DNA of 64,000 nt from Candidatus Bathyarchaeia archaeon (GCA_050014495.1 JBEKDF010000001.1:32001-96000), one strand, 5' to 3'; positions 17,740 through 28,377 are shown, counted from the stretch's first letter. The notes: generated by a model from the sequence alone, not told the origin. Numbers and translations: made by a program.

Positions 17740-17982
17740 GTGAGCTCCTCAATAGCGTTGATCGGCGTCGGGTTCTTAATCGCATGGCTAGGTGTGATTA
17801 TGGTCTACCTAAGTCTACGCGTTGAGCCAGTCGATCTCTATAGGAGACACCTAGGATTCCTAAATGCGCCAATCGCCAAGGTTAATGAGAGCAGGAGGGC
17901 GATAAAGTTCCTAATAGTCGTTGGAATCTTGGTGACGGCCGCGTTGTATGCTGCCTCTTGGGTGGGATTGATAGCCTGGTGA
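17740..17982 (+). CDS. Small two-TM membrane protein
   Basis: Two hydrophobic segments, GGAGG SD before the GTG start, stop overlaps the next start. Confidence 0.65.
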   Translation: MSSSIALIGVGFLIAWLGVIMVYLSLRVEPVDLYRRHLGFLNAPIAKVNESRRAIKFLIVVGILVTAALYAASWVGLIAW

Positions 17983-18647
17983 CTGAAACAAGAGACGATG
18001 TTTGCTGGGTCTGCGGAGGGGATGGGGCGAACACCCTATGCCCTCGCTGTGGCCACCGCGTCTGCAGAGACTGTTTCGACGAGGAGACCCAAACATGCCT
18101 TGAATGCGTAGAGGAGAGAGTAAACTCTAAGGCGCGAACCAAGAAGGTTATGCTAGTGGGCGGACTTCTCATGCTAATCGTGGGACTATCAGCCACGGCC
18201 GCTGGAATAGTCGCAAGCATTCCCACAGAGGGAGTCACTGTGGCATTCCCATTCATTTTCGGTGAAGTGAGCCCAATCACCGCAGGAGCCTACAGCTTCA
18301 TCTTCTTCCTCACAGTAGCCGCGGCCTCGTTACTCCCTTGGTACATACACACACGAGCAAAACCAACCTCCAGCAACAACGAGGAAGTGACCATAATCGA
18401 AGGAAACCTGCTTGGCGGGGAGCACTTCGAACGCGTCGAGTATGTAATAACCGCTGAGATGCCTAAGAGACTAGAGAAGACCATTCTGGTTGAGACAAAC
18501 GGGGCCTCGATCCATCTCCACAGTACATCTGATAAGGAGTTCAGAAGGAGCTACCCTATCCCGGAGGGGCATGAGTTGGAGGGACTCGACTACGACTATG
18601 ATGAAGGCTACCTCGTACTCCGCCTACACCTCGTGAGGATTCCATAG
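17979..18647 (+). CDS. Zn-finger + 2 TM + Hsp20-like domain protein
   Basis: Four CxxC pairs, two hydrophobic helices, and an alpha-crystallin-like C-terminus (YVITAEMP...FRRSYPIP...YDEGYLVL). Confidence 0.7.
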   Translation: MTETRDDVCWVCGGDGANTLCPRCGHRVCRDCFDEETQTCLECVEERVNSKARTKKVMLVGGLLMLIVGLSATAAGIVASIPTEGVTVAFPFIFGEVSPITAGAYSFIFFLTVAAASLLPWYIHTRAKPTSSNNEEVTIIEGNLLGGEHFERVEYVITAEMPKRLEKTILVETNGASIHLHSTSDKEFRRSYPIPEGHELEGLDYDYDEGYLVLRLHLVRIP

Positions 18648-18688
18648 AAGCCTTTTAACAAGCCCTCAATAAAATTACCCCGATAGAG

Positions 18689-19339
18689 TTGCCTCAGATC
18701 ATTAACCTAGTCGAGGACTCACCGATTCTCCGTGGCGTCAACATGATTGTTGGAGACGGACTCTGCAGTAACATATTCGTCGTAGGCAGGGAGAGGGCGA
18801 CGATTATCGATACTGGCGTCGGGAACCGCCTAAACCCCGTCTGGCCCCAGCTTAAGGAGCTCAAGGTGGAGCCCCAGAACGTGGAGAAGATCATAATCAC
18901 ACACGCCCACCACGACCACGCAATGGGGGCATTCCTCATTCTCGAGAGGGCAAAACCAAGGGTCTATATCCACGAAGTGGATGCAGACTTCATAGCCTCG
19001 AGCCTCGGGGACTCACTCGTGAAGGTCAAAGAGGAGGATATAATCGAGACTGAACTCTGGCCACTCGAGGTGATTTGGACACCAGGCCACACATCAGGTG
19101 GCATATGCCTATATGCGAGGGAGCATAGGATACTTTTCTCGGGGGACACAGCCTTCTCGGATGGCTACTTCGGTAGATTCGACGGAGAATCAGGTAGCCT
19201 CGATGAACTCATAGAGTCCCTCAGGAAGCTTACGAGGCTTAGAGTCGACGTGATGCTTACCGGTCACGGCCTCCCAGTTCTAGATAGAGCCGAGGAGAAT
19301 CTGAAGCTTGCCCTAAGAAACGCAGAGCTCTATGCCTAG
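18689..19339 (+). CDS. MBL-fold metallo-hydrolase
   Basis: Motifs THAHHDH, TPGHT, SGD and GHG. Confidence 0.9.
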   Translation: MPQIINLVEDSPILRGVNMIVGDGLCSNIFVVGRERATIIDTGVGNRLNPVWPQLKELKVEPQNVEKIIITHAHHDHAMGAFLILERAKPRVYIHEVDADFIASSLGDSLVKVKEEDIIETELWPLEVIWTPGHTSGGICLYAREHRILFSGDTAFSDGYFGRFDGESGSLDELIESLRKLTRLRVDVMLTGHGLPVLDRAEENLKLALRNAELYA

Positions 19340-20220
19340 CCAACTTTTCTCGTCAGGATTATATGTTCATACTGGTAGCTTATCGAAGAGTCGACCTTGA
19401 AGAAGAGTCCATTCGCGCCATCAATAGTTCCATCAACCGCCATCCTCAGCGGGGTTGAGTACCTTGCCTCCACCCAGGTCCTCAGTAGTATGTCTCCACC
19501 CTGCTGGATTGAGGGAAGCTGTATCGTGTACTTCGCACTGTGGGCCGTGTAATTGAACGTTGTTGGATTCTTGTACTGCCATATTGCCTGGTAGGCGGGG
19601 GGATCACAGACCGCCGGCGGGGCTGTGGATACGTCGCTGATATCTGTCACTGCGTTTGTAAACCAAGAGTATACGCCAACTTCGGTTACATTAGCCGTCT
19701 TAGCGACTCTAAATGGGGTGATGGTGATGTTGACTGTAGCCTTATCTCCCCAGTATATGTCAGCCGGGTTTACGATCGTATGTGGAGCCTCGCTGACGGA
19801 GAATATATCGACAGGATCCATCTTAAAGGCGGCTTGCCCAAACACCTCGTCCTTTGTCTTTAAACCGGTGGCCACGACGGTTATGTCTCCGGTCGTCGAG
19901 TCGTATGAGACCTGTATATTCGTGGTATCCTGATCGATTGGAATCTGTGTGAGGCCGGGATCGGTCTTATCATGAATAGTAACAGTTGGGGTATCTTGTA
20001 TTACGGCTATCCCATAATCTATGAGATACCTTGAATCCGTCGTGTTACCAGTCTTGTTAGACCAATAGGACTCGCTACGACTCACATTCACGTACCCAAC
20101 TAAGCTCTGAGACGCAGGTGCTGATCGAAATAGTACAGCGGCTACGCTGACCGTGAACAAAGCTATGAATACTATGGCTAAAATGACCTTTTTGTTGGTT
20201 TTCCCCAGTCTCAATGGCAA
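19336..20220 (-). CDS. Secreted / N-anchored hypothetical protein
   Basis: Basic N-terminus plus hydrophobic helix, followed by a Thr/Val-rich beta-like body with NxS/T sequons. Confidence 0.72.
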   Translation of the reverse strand: MPLRLGKTNKKVILAIVFIALFTVSVAAVLFRSAPASQSLVGYVNVSRSESYWSNKTGNTTDSRYLIDYGIAVIQDTPTVTIHDKTDPGLTQIPIDQDTTNIQVSYDSTTGDITVVATGLKTKDEVFGQAAFKMDPVDIFSVSEAPHTIVNPADIYWGDKATVNITITPFRVAKTANVTEVGVYSWFTNAVTDISDVSTAPPAVCDPPAYQAIWQYKNPTTFNYTAHSAKYTIQLPSIQQGGDILLRTWVEARYSTPLRMAVDGTIDGANGLFFKVDSSISYQYEHIILTRKVG

Positions 20221-20320
20221 AGCTATCAGTCCAGCTTCGGGTTGGTCGCTGATAAGGCTTATTCAGGATCACCCCCAAATCCCTTAAGCACCGTCCGCCC
20301 TCCTAGGTATTCGACAATTC

Positions 20321-21349
20321 ATGGTCGAGAAGAACCTAGACTTCCGAAGTGACACCGTTACATGGCCCACACCCGAGATGAGGGAGGCAGCCTTCAAGGC
20401 GAAGGTTGGGGATGACGTTTACGGAGACGACCCTACCGTCAACGAGCTCGAGCGAATAGCCTCCGAGATCACGGGTAAAGAGGCGGGTCTCTTCGTCACA
20501 AGCGGGACTCAAGGAAATGCAGTCTCCGTTCTCGCACACACCCAACGCGGGAACGAGATAATTCTGGAACAGAAGAGCCACATATACGTCAACGAGGTTG
20601 GCGGCCTCGCGGTTATGGGGCAGCTCATGGCGCGCACCGTACCCGGCGAACTCGGGTGGATGAAACCAGACGACATCGAGAAGGCCATAAGAGTGGAAAA
20701 CATCCACTACCCCAGGACCACCCTCCTATGCGTCGAGAACACACACAACTCTGCCGGAGGCATCGCACTTACACCAAAACAGCTCAAAGCAGACTGGGAC
20801 ATTGCGAAGAAGCATAACCTCGGCGTACACATGGATGGGGCGAGGGTCTTCAACGCCTCCGTTGCCCTAGGCGTCAACGTGAAGGAGTTGACCAAGTACG
20901 CGGACACCGTCCAGATCTGCCTCAGCAAAGGACTTAGCGCCCCCGTAGGAAGCCTCGTCGTGGGCTCAGCAGACCTTGTCAATAAGGCTAGAAAGTATAG
21001 GAAGATGCTTGGCGGAGGTATGAGGCAGGCAGGTATCATCGCAGCCCCCGGGATCATTGCCCTGACAAAGATGGTGGATAGACTCAAGGACGACCACGAC
21101 AACGCGAAACTACTAGCGCAGGAGCTATCCAAGATGGGTATAAAGGTCGTCAACCAAGTCCAAACGAACATGGTCTACATAGACTACACCCCAATAGGGT
21201 GGAAAGACTCTGACTGGATCAGCGCAACAAAGAAGCTGGGGTGGCTAAGCGAAGGCCATGGTGGGGGTACACGCCTTTGCACCCACTACGGCATTGAGCG
21301 AGAAGACATCAAAAGTTTCGTAGAGGGGCTTGGAAAACTCATCAAGTAG
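20321..21349 (+). CDS. ltaE: Low-specificity L-threonine aldolase
   Basis: Motifs DFRSDTVT, GDDVYGDDP, SGTQGN, ENTHN, HMDGAR, CLSKGLSAPVGS and GGGMRQAG. Confidence 0.93.
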   Translation: MVEKNLDFRSDTVTWPTPEMREAAFKAKVGDDVYGDDPTVNELERIASEITGKEAGLFVTSGTQGNAVSVLAHTQRGNEIILEQKSHIYVNEVGGLAVMGQLMARTVPGELGWMKPDDIEKAIRVENIHYPRTTLLCVENTHNSAGGIALTPKQLKADWDIAKKHNLGVHMDGARVFNASVALGVNVKELTKYADTVQICLSKGLSAPVGSLVVGSADLVNKARKYRKMLGGGMRQAGIIAAPGIIALTKMVDRLKDDHDNAKLLAQELSKMGIKVVNQVQTNMVYIDYTPIGWKDSDWISATKKLGWLSEGHGGGTRLCTHYGIEREDIKSFVEGLGKLIK

Positions 21350-21387
21350 CCAATCCTTTTTTACCACCTATACCAGCTTCCTTCTCT

Positions 21388-22434
21388 ATGATCATCACCG
21401 AGGCCCAAGGGCTCAGGGAGCTCGGGACCAAGATATTCGTCGCTCTAGGGGCGCCGAAGAGCAAAGCGGAGTTCGTCGCTGAAACGTTGGTCGAAGCGAA
21501 TCTTTGCGGACACGATAGCCACGGGGCATTTTACTTCCCCGTTTATGGGGAGAGGATTAGACAGGGCTACATCCAGCCAAAGGAGAACCCACGCATCGTA
21601 AAGGAGACGCCAACCTCGGCATACATAGATGGACGCTGGGGCTTCGGCCAGATCGCAGCTAAGAAGATGATTGCGACCGCTGTGGAGAAGGCGAGTACCA
21701 ACATGGTCGCCGCTGTCGGTGGTTTCAATATAAATCACATCGGTCGACTCGGCTACTACACGACCTGGGCCACGGAGCAGAACATGATCGGAATGATGTT
21801 TGCCAACGTGGGAAATCCTATTGTATCCCCATTCCACGGCGCCGAGAAGGCCTTCGGCACAAACCCAGCTAGCATAAGCACACCAACTTCTACCGGTGAG
21901 AATTTCCTCATGGACTACGCCACGAGCCTAGCCGCCGCTGGAAAGTTGAGCGTCGCACGCGCTAAACACGTTAAGGTACCAAGCCACTGGATCAGGGATA
22001 AAAACGGAAATCCCACCGACGACCCGAACGCCTTCTACGATGGAGGCTACCTCGTAGGATTCGGTGAGCACAAAGGCTACGGCATCCAGATGGCATCGGA
22101 GCTCCTCGGAGCTGTCCTCACCGGCAGCAGAGCGAGCATGGATAACAGCCAGAACCCCCCGAGCCCGAATGGAGTCTTCTGCATAGCAATTAACCCCGAG
22201 GCTTTCATCGGCCTCGATGCCTTCAAGAAAAAGTCCTCTGAGGTGATCAGTTATGTGAAGTCGAGGAAGCCCGAGAGGGGTGAGACTGTCCTTATCCCAG
22301 GAGACCCCGAGAGAATATCCAAGAAAAAGAGGTTAAGCGAAGGAATTCCCCTCCCAGAGGATAGTTGGGATCAGATAATTAAGATCAGCCTTGAGCTCGG
22401 TATCGACCCGAAGATTGCATTAAAGAAAGGATAA
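21388..22434 (+). CDS. Ldh_2 family NAD(P)-dependent oxidoreductase
   Basis: Motifs GHDSHG, HIGRLG, FGTNP, DYATS and HKGYG. Confidence 0.9.
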   Translation: MIITEAQGLRELGTKIFVALGAPKSKAEFVAETLVEANLCGHDSHGAFYFPVYGERIRQGYIQPKENPRIVKETPTSAYIDGRWGFGQIAAKKMIATAVEKASTNMVAAVGGFNINHIGRLGYYTTWATEQNMIGMMFANVGNPIVSPFHGAEKAFGTNPASISTPTSTGENFLMDYATSLAAAGKLSVARAKHVKVPSHWIRDKNGNPTDDPNAFYDGGYLVGFGEHKGYGIQMASELLGAVLTGSRASMDNSQNPPSPNGVFCIAINPEAFIGLDAFKKKSSEVISYVKSRKPERGETVLIPGDPERISKKKRLSEGIPLPEDSWDQIIKISLELGIDPKIALKKG

Positions 22435-22460
22435 TAGACGACGCACCCTCTTCAACCGTC

Positions 22461-23645
22461 ATGGAGTTCTGGTTCCCCGTCGAAGAGGCCACAGAGGGGG
22501 CCGCGAGACTACTTATACCCACACTTGGTAGACGGGAGGGGGAACCACTCGACCACGCTCGTAGCAGGGCGGCGGTCTTCTATAATCCATTAATGAGGCT
22601 CAACAGGGACACTGCTGTCCTCGCCGTCTCGGTGCAGGGGAAACGCCTCGGCAGACCAGTGGAGGCGTGTGAGCCAATGTGTGGCTGCGGTGTTCGCGGG
22701 GTCCGCCTCGCCTTAGAGGCGAGGGTGGGAAATGTTCTGATGGGGGACCTCAACCCTAGTGGTGTCCAGATATCAGAGGAGAACACTCACAGAAACGGGG
22801 TCTCAGACAAGGTCAGCATTCGCCTAATGGACGCGAACCTAATGCTAAACCTTCGCAGCAGCCCGATGAACAGATTCGACTATCTCGACATAGATCCCTT
22901 TGGCTCCCCCTCAGAGTTCCTGGATTCAGGCGTAAGGGCAACCCGAGATGGTGGAGTGATCGCCCTAACCGCGACGGACATGGCGCCACTCTGCGGCGTC
23001 AGCCCCATGGCCTGCCTCCGAAAATACGGTGGGAGGCCCCTCAGAACGGTATATACCCATGAGGTCGCGTTACGTCTCGTAATTGGTGCAGCTGTCCGAG
23101 TTGCAGTGATCCATGAGATGGGGGCTAGACCCCTCTTTGGATACTACGCTGACCATTATGTCCGTGTCTACCTGGGACTCAAACATAGTGCCAAGCCCGC
23201 TGATGCGGCCCTAGCGGAGATGGGATTTATAGCCCATTGCTCGAGGTGCCTTCATAGGGAGGCGGTTAAGGGTGCCTACTTTAAGATGTCTAGCTTGTGT
23301 CCAATATGTGGCAATAAATTAGTCATTGGTGGCCCAATGTGGCTCGGGGACATCGCTGATAGTTCATTCTCCGAAGATATGCTGGGTAAGGCCGCTAAGA
23401 CAGGTGGTTTGGAGCGCCGCCTAATCCCCCTCATCGAAACGTTACGCGGAGAGATAGGATTCCCACCGACATACTTCCACCTTGATGAGTTAAGCTCCCG
23501 CGCGGGGAAGTCGAGCCTAAGCAGGGATGATGTACTGGAAAAACTCAGGACATCTGGGTTCAAGGCTACCCGAACTCACTTCGACCCAAGGGGGGTCAGG
23601 ACAACTGCTAGCGCAGCTGATTTGGCAAACGTTATTAAAGGATAG
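22461..23645 (+). CDS. trm1: tRNA (guanine-26,N2)-dimethyltransferase
   Basis: Motifs VFYNP, NRD, DIDPFGSP, TATD and GPMWLG. Confidence 0.93.
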   Translation: MEFWFPVEEATEGAARLLIPTLGRREGEPLDHARSRAAVFYNPLMRLNRDTAVLAVSVQGKRLGRPVEACEPMCGCGVRGVRLALEARVGNVLMGDLNPSGVQISEENTHRNGVSDKVSIRLMDANLMLNLRSSPMNRFDYLDIDPFGSPSEFLDSGVRATRDGGVIALTATDMAPLCGVSPMACLRKYGGRPLRTVYTHEVALRLVIGAAVRVAVIHEMGARPLFGYYADHYVRVYLGLKHSAKPADAALAEMGFIAHCSRCLHREAVKGAYFKMSSLCPICGNKLVIGGPMWLGDIADSSFSEDMLGKAAKTGGLERRLIPLIETLRGEIGFPPTYFHLDELSSRAGKSSLSRDDVLEKLRTSGFKATRTHFDPRGVRTTASAADLANVIKG

Positions 23646-23669
23646 ACCCGCGAAGGGATCGTAAAACCC

Positions 23670-24416
23670 ATGCCCAGCAGATGGCTCCACGAGCGAAAGA
23701 CGGAACACTACTACAACAAGGCCAAAGAGGAGGGCTATAGGAGCAGGGCAAGCTACAAACTCAAACAACTCAACGAGGAGTTCAAGTTCTTTGAGGGGGC
23801 GAAGAGGGTACTCGACATGGGTGCAGCTCCCGGTGGCTGGCTTCAGGTCGCAGGTGAATCTATCAAGGGAGGCCTAGTCGTGGGCGTCGATCTGAAAGAG
23901 ATCTTCCCACTCTACATGGAAAACGTCGAGACCATCGTCGGCGACGTCACAGACCCGGTTGTGCAGGAGGAGGTCCTAGGCAGGTTCCAAGGTGAGAAGG
24001 CGGATGTGGTGCTTAGCGACATGGCTCCTAACGTCATGGGTGTATGGGAGGTTGACGACCTTCGCCAAATCTATCTCGCCCACACAGCTCTCAGCATCGC
24101 AGACAAGCTCCTTAAGGAGGATGGCTGGATGGTCGTCAAGGTATTCCAGGGTAAGGAACACGAGGCATTCATCAGGGACATGAGGGCGATGTTTGAGAAG
24201 GTCTACATAGTTAAGCCGTTAGCATCCCGGAAGGGGAGTGCTGAGGTATACGTGGTCGCTAAGGATCTGCGAAGGGATCGGGTTCTACCTGAAGAGTTCA
24301 GAAATGACAAGAAAAATCTGCAGATCGTTGAAGAGGAGGAAACTGAGTCTCTCCCGGGCGAGAACCTCCCCGACTATGGGGAGCCCGAAGAATACGGAAA
24401 AAAGAAGCCTAACTGA
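23670..24416 (+). CDS. rlmE: 23S rRNA 2'-O-methyltransferase RlmE/FtsJ
   Basis: Motifs YRSRASYKL, DMGAAPGGW, SDMAP, KVF and ASRKGSAE. Confidence 0.93.
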   Translation: MPSRWLHERKTEHYYNKAKEEGYRSRASYKLKQLNEEFKFFEGAKRVLDMGAAPGGWLQVAGESIKGGLVVGVDLKEIFPLYMENVETIVGDVTDPVVQEEVLGRFQGEKADVVLSDMAPNVMGVWEVDDLRQIYLAHTALSIADKLLKEDGWMVVKVFQGKEHEAFIRDMRAMFEKVYIVKPLASRKGSAEVYVVAKDLRRDRVLPEEFRNDKKNLQIVEEEETESLPGENLPDYGEPEEYGKKKPN

Positions 24417-25074
24417 GTAGTTCGGCGAGGACGTGGGCGACCATCGTGTTCGCCTGTACCACTGGCTTCCCCGTCTTCGTAGCAACCTTCTTCCTGATCT
24501 CGATTGGGAACCCGAAGCAGTTGAGGAGGATTAGGTCTAGATTCTGGTCAGCTAGACGGTTGCAAAGTCCCTCCACATCTTTCGGCTCGTATGGGCTCAC
24601 GGTGTCGCTGTAGACCTTGACGCCTGGGCGGCTCCACTCCCTCTCCCCCATCGGTATCTGCTCCGCAGTTGGATAGACGATGCCTAGTTTCCCCTCCTTG
24701 AGGCATCCCTCGAGGACCCCCTTGAGGATCTCCATCGGTGTGACGACTAGACCCTTCGACTTGAACTGGGGGAACTTACCCGTGCACATGATGACGGTTA
24801 GCCTGATCCCCTGTGACTCCAGCCAGTCGAGCCTCTCCTGCATCATGGGGAGGATGTACTTCTTCGTGATCTTGATCTCAGTGCCATTCCTCATCCTGCT
24901 GACTAGGATGTAGTCCTCTACCCTGAGGGGGATCTTCTTAACATCCTCCATAGTCTTCCCGTCTAGTGCCCCCGCCTCGACTACCTCCACGTTATTCCCG
25001 AGGATTTCTCTGAGACCGGGGAGGATGTCGTTTCGGGGCGACTGCCCTATCGTTAGCATCCCGATCTTCTTCAT
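24409..25074 (-). CDS. AroM family protein
   Basis: Motifs TIGQSPR, GALD, MCTG, SPY and LNCFGF. Confidence 0.85.
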   Translation of the reverse strand: MKKIGMLTIGQSPRNDILPGLREILGNNVEVVEAGALDGKTMEDVKKIPLRVEDYILVSRMRNGTEIKITKKYILPMMQERLDWLESQGIRLTVIMCTGKFPQFKSKGLVVTPMEILKGVLEGCLKEGKLGIVYPTAEQIPMGEREWSRPGVKVYSDTVSPYEPKDVEGLCNRLADQNLDLILLNCFGFPIEIRKKVATKTGKPVVQANTMVAHVLAELLS

Positions 25075-25114
25075 GTCGAGAAGAGAGACGCGTCTTCCAT
25101 GTTAAAATCTTCGG

Positions 25115-27982
25115 CTAGATGAACCGCTTCTTCAGAGCGTCTCTTTCAGCGTCAATTATCCTATTGAAGAACTCGTCTGACTCACCCTCTGTCTGGGCGA
25201 GTATATCCCAAGCCGATGTGAGATCAACACGCTTCGCCGAGCCAATAATGGCGGCTCGGCGCCCATACATGGACACGAGTTTGCTGATATCCCTCCCCCT
25301 CTCCCACCACTTAGGCTTCTCCTTCGAGCTCCGACCCCTCTCCTGGCTAAGTATCTCCTGGACTTCCTCCATAGAGCGATCGTAGACGGCGATCTCGGTG
25401 GAGCCACAGATGGGGCAGACGAGCTTCCCGGGCAGGTCCCTTATCCTTTGGGATTCGGCCCAGTCGTGCTTCCCGTGACAGGTCAATATTCGAGTCTCAC
25501 CGTAGAGTCGTGCCTTAGCCGACTCAAGGATGATCCTGTCCATCTTCTCAGGTGGCACAATATCGGTCTTCATGCTGATACCCTCGACCGCCATTTTACC
25601 CAGGGGCGTCAGCTGACCCTTTGTATCGAGGACGACGACCTCTATATCCCCCTCAGCCATCTTCTTGAGAAGACTGATGGTTCCCTCAACGTCGAGGTCG
25701 AGCCTGTAAGTGTCCTTGAGAGCCTCCTCGTAGACTGCGGTGTTCTCGAAGCTCTTCATAAGTCGACCAAGGGTTACATTGCTGAAGTCAGCGAATTTAC
25801 TCAGCGCACCAGCCTTCCGTGCGACATTAATTAGACGACGCTTGAAGAGCCCCGTCTTCTTCACAGCATCTTCTATGATCTTCTCCACGTCCTTGTTGGC
25901 GAGGGTCTTGAGCATCCTGGCGACATATCGGGTGTCAATCTCACCCACGGTCTGAGTTGCCATCATATAGGTCTCCTGCTGGACGCCAACGGGATACCCA
26001 GTTTCCTCACTTATGACGTGGCCAATTACACGGGCTAACGTTCGATTAACGAGCGTCCCAAAGTTGGCGTGGATTAGAACATTGTCCTCCCATTCCTCGA
26101 GTAAAACACGCTTGTCTGTGGGGGCGGGGTATCCTGCCATGTGGTGGTCGACCTGTTCCCTGATGACGCGCTCCATTGTTGATTGGGTAGCAGGATAGAT
26201 CTCAGCGAGGGCGGAGGCAATGAGCCTCGGTGAATCACCATTAACGAGACCGTCTTCGATCTGTGCCTTGATTCTTCCAACCTCAAGGGCGACTTCGAGG
26301 GGCACAGGTATCTCCTCACCGATCCAGCTCGGGATTGCACCAGTGGGGTCGTCCTCAGCCTTGACATATATCTTGTCGTTGTGGACATTCAAGATCTTCC
26401 AAGCTCTTCCCCGAAGGGTGAATTTCACACCAGGCTTTGCATACTCAGCCACAAATGCTTCTTGAAGCACACCGACGGGGGACTCGTCCTTCGCCTCGAG
26501 GACAAGGTAGTCCTTTTCATCTGGTATCATGCTCAGATTGTTGAAGAAATAGGTGTAGATGGTCTTCCGACTACCCCTCGGGCGGATGATTAGCTCGTCC
26601 TCCGCCGAGACCCAAGCGAGGCGTGGGAACCTATTATGCATATAGCTGGCCACGAACTTTACATCCTCTGTTGTGAGGTCGCGAAATGGGTACGCACCCT
26701 TGAAGAGGTTGGCAACTTGGAGGAAGTAGAGGCGCCCCCGTGCCATCAACTCCGCTGTTATCTGGTTGACCATCACATCATATGGTTTATCTGGAACCCT
26801 GAGTGGTTCCATAACTTCACCGAGAGCGCGACGACAGATCGCCATAGACTCGAAGGCGTCATTGCTGTTTAGGCTGATGATCACGCCCTTCGAGACCCTG
26901 CCTAGACGGTGCCCACTCCGCCCCACCCTCTGTAGGAGCCTCGTCACCTGTCTAGGACTGTTATATTGGATTACGAGGTCGATGCTACCGATATCGATGC
27001 CCAACTCTAGGCTGCTCGTGCAAATGACCGTTCGAATGTTCCCCTCCTTTAACCCCTGTTCTGCTGCAATCCTGCTAGTCTTCGCCAGCGAGCCATGATG
27101 AATACTTACTGGGAACTCCGTGTCCCAGAGATTGAATCTGCTCGCCAGCATCTCGCTAGTGCTGCGTGTGTTTGTGAACACGAGTGTTGTTTGATGCTCC
27201 TCAATTAGGCGACGGATTGCACGTAGGCGCGCCGAGACCTCGGGGTGAGTGAAGAGCGTCGTCGCTGTCTCAAAATCCTCCGCCTCCGGCTCGGGGAACA
27301 TAATTTCAAACCTCGTCTCTCTGAGGGCGGAAACCTGTATGATCTCCACTGATCTATCCGTCCCAACGAGAAACTGAGCTACCCTCTCCGGGCTACCAAT
27401 GGTGGCACTAAGCCCAATCATCTGGGGTGGCTCTTGTGTCAGTTCTCTCAATCTCTCTAATCCAAGAGCAAGTTGACTCCCCCTCTTGTTGTCAGCCAAC
27501 TCGTGAATCTCATCGATAATTATCCAGCGGACACTTTTCAGGTACTGCTTCAGAGTTCTCCCAAGTAGAATAGCCTGGAGGGTCTCTGGCGTCGTAATGA
27601 GCATGTCAGGTGGGTTCGTTCGCTGCCTATTTCTCTCCTGGTCCCCAGTATCGCCATGGCGTATCCCGAGCTTGATGTCGAGCCTGTTACACCAGTAGGT
27701 CATCCTGTCGAGGATATCCCTATTCAAGGCGCGGAGTGGGGTGATATAGAGGATACTAATCCCGGGTCTTCGTTGCCCCAACATTAGGAAGCGATCCATT
27801 ACGGGGAGCATCGCCGCCTCCGTTTTACCCGTCGCAGTGGCCGAGATCAAGAGGACGTTCTTCCTCTCGAGGATGAGAGGAATGATCCTCCTCTGCGGCT
27901 CAGTCGGCTCCGTAAACCCACGCTCTTCTAGAAGGCGCCGAACAGGCCTGCATAATAACTGGAAGACATTATCCTCGGCCAA
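25115..27982 (-). CDS. Lhr-like SF2 ATP-dependent helicase
   Basis: Motifs TGKT, PLRAL, TTPE, DEIH, SAT, HHGS, LELGIDIG and QRVGRSGH. Confidence 0.93.
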   Translation of the reverse strand: MAEDNVFQLLCRPVRRLLEERGFTEPTEPQRRIIPLILERKNVLLISATATGKTEAAMLPVMDRFLMLGQRRPGISILYITPLRALNRDILDRMTYWCNRLDIKLGIRHGDTGDQERNRQRTNPPDMLITTPETLQAILLGRTLKQYLKSVRWIIIDEIHELADNKRGSQLALGLERLRELTQEPPQMIGLSATIGSPERVAQFLVGTDRSVEIIQVSALRETRFEIMFPEPEAEDFETATTLFTHPEVSARLRAIRRLIEEHQTTLVFTNTRSTSEMLASRFNLWDTEFPVSIHHGSLAKTSRIAAEQGLKEGNIRTVICTSSLELGIDIGSIDLVIQYNSPRQVTRLLQRVGRSGHRLGRVSKGVIISLNSNDAFESMAICRRALGEVMEPLRVPDKPYDVMVNQITAELMARGRLYFLQVANLFKGAYPFRDLTTEDVKFVASYMHNRFPRLAWVSAEDELIIRPRGSRKTIYTYFFNNLSMIPDEKDYLVLEAKDESPVGVLQEAFVAEYAKPGVKFTLRGRAWKILNVHNDKIYVKAEDDPTGAIPSWIGEEIPVPLEVALEVGRIKAQIEDGLVNGDSPRLIASALAEIYPATQSTMERVIREQVDHHMAGYPAPTDKRVLLEEWEDNVLIHANFGTLVNRTLARVIGHVISEETGYPVGVQQETYMMATQTVGEIDTRYVARMLKTLANKDVEKIIEDAVKKTGLFKRRLINVARKAGALSKFADFSNVTLGRLMKSFENTAVYEEALKDTYRLDLDVEGTISLLKKMAEGDIEVVVLDTKGQLTPLGKMAVEGISMKTDIVPPEKMDRIILESAKARLYGETRILTCHGKHDWAESQRIRDLPGKLVCPICGSTEIAVYDRSMEEVQEILSQERGRSSKEKPKWWERGRDISKLVSMYGRRAAIIGSAKRVDLTSAWDILAQTEGESDEFFNRIIDAERDALKKRFI

Positions 27983-28209
27983 GGCGTAAAGACCTTCAGT
28001 CGGCTCAGATAAAAACCATATCCAACATGTAAGACATCATCGTGAAACTATCAACACTACGCTTGAATGCTTATTTTCTAAACACGTTGAAAATATAGCA
28101 TAAACAACGCTTTAACATACATAGATTTAAAGGCGAGTAATACAGCCCATCACTCCGTATATCGGGCTCCTAAAAGGTGGCCGAGTATACAAAGAAAGGA
28201 GTGAATGGA

Positions 28210-28377
28210 ATGGATTACCGCGAAAGGCGCAGCTTCGACCGTGGACCACGGGAAATGTACAAGGCGACTTGCTCAGACTGCGGAAAGGAATGTGAGGTTC
28301 CTTTCAAGCCAACCGAGGGCAGGCCCGTCTACTGCAACGAATGCTTCGCTAAACACAGGCCACCGAGAAGGTACTAA
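28210..28377 (+). CDS. CxxC-x17-CxxC domain small protein
   Basis: Sequence MYKATCSDCG..CEVPFKP...RPVYCNECF, with SD GGAGTG upstream. Confidence 0.9.
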   Translation: MDYRERRSFDRGPREMYKATCSDCGKECEVPFKPTEGRPVYCNECFAKHRPPRRY

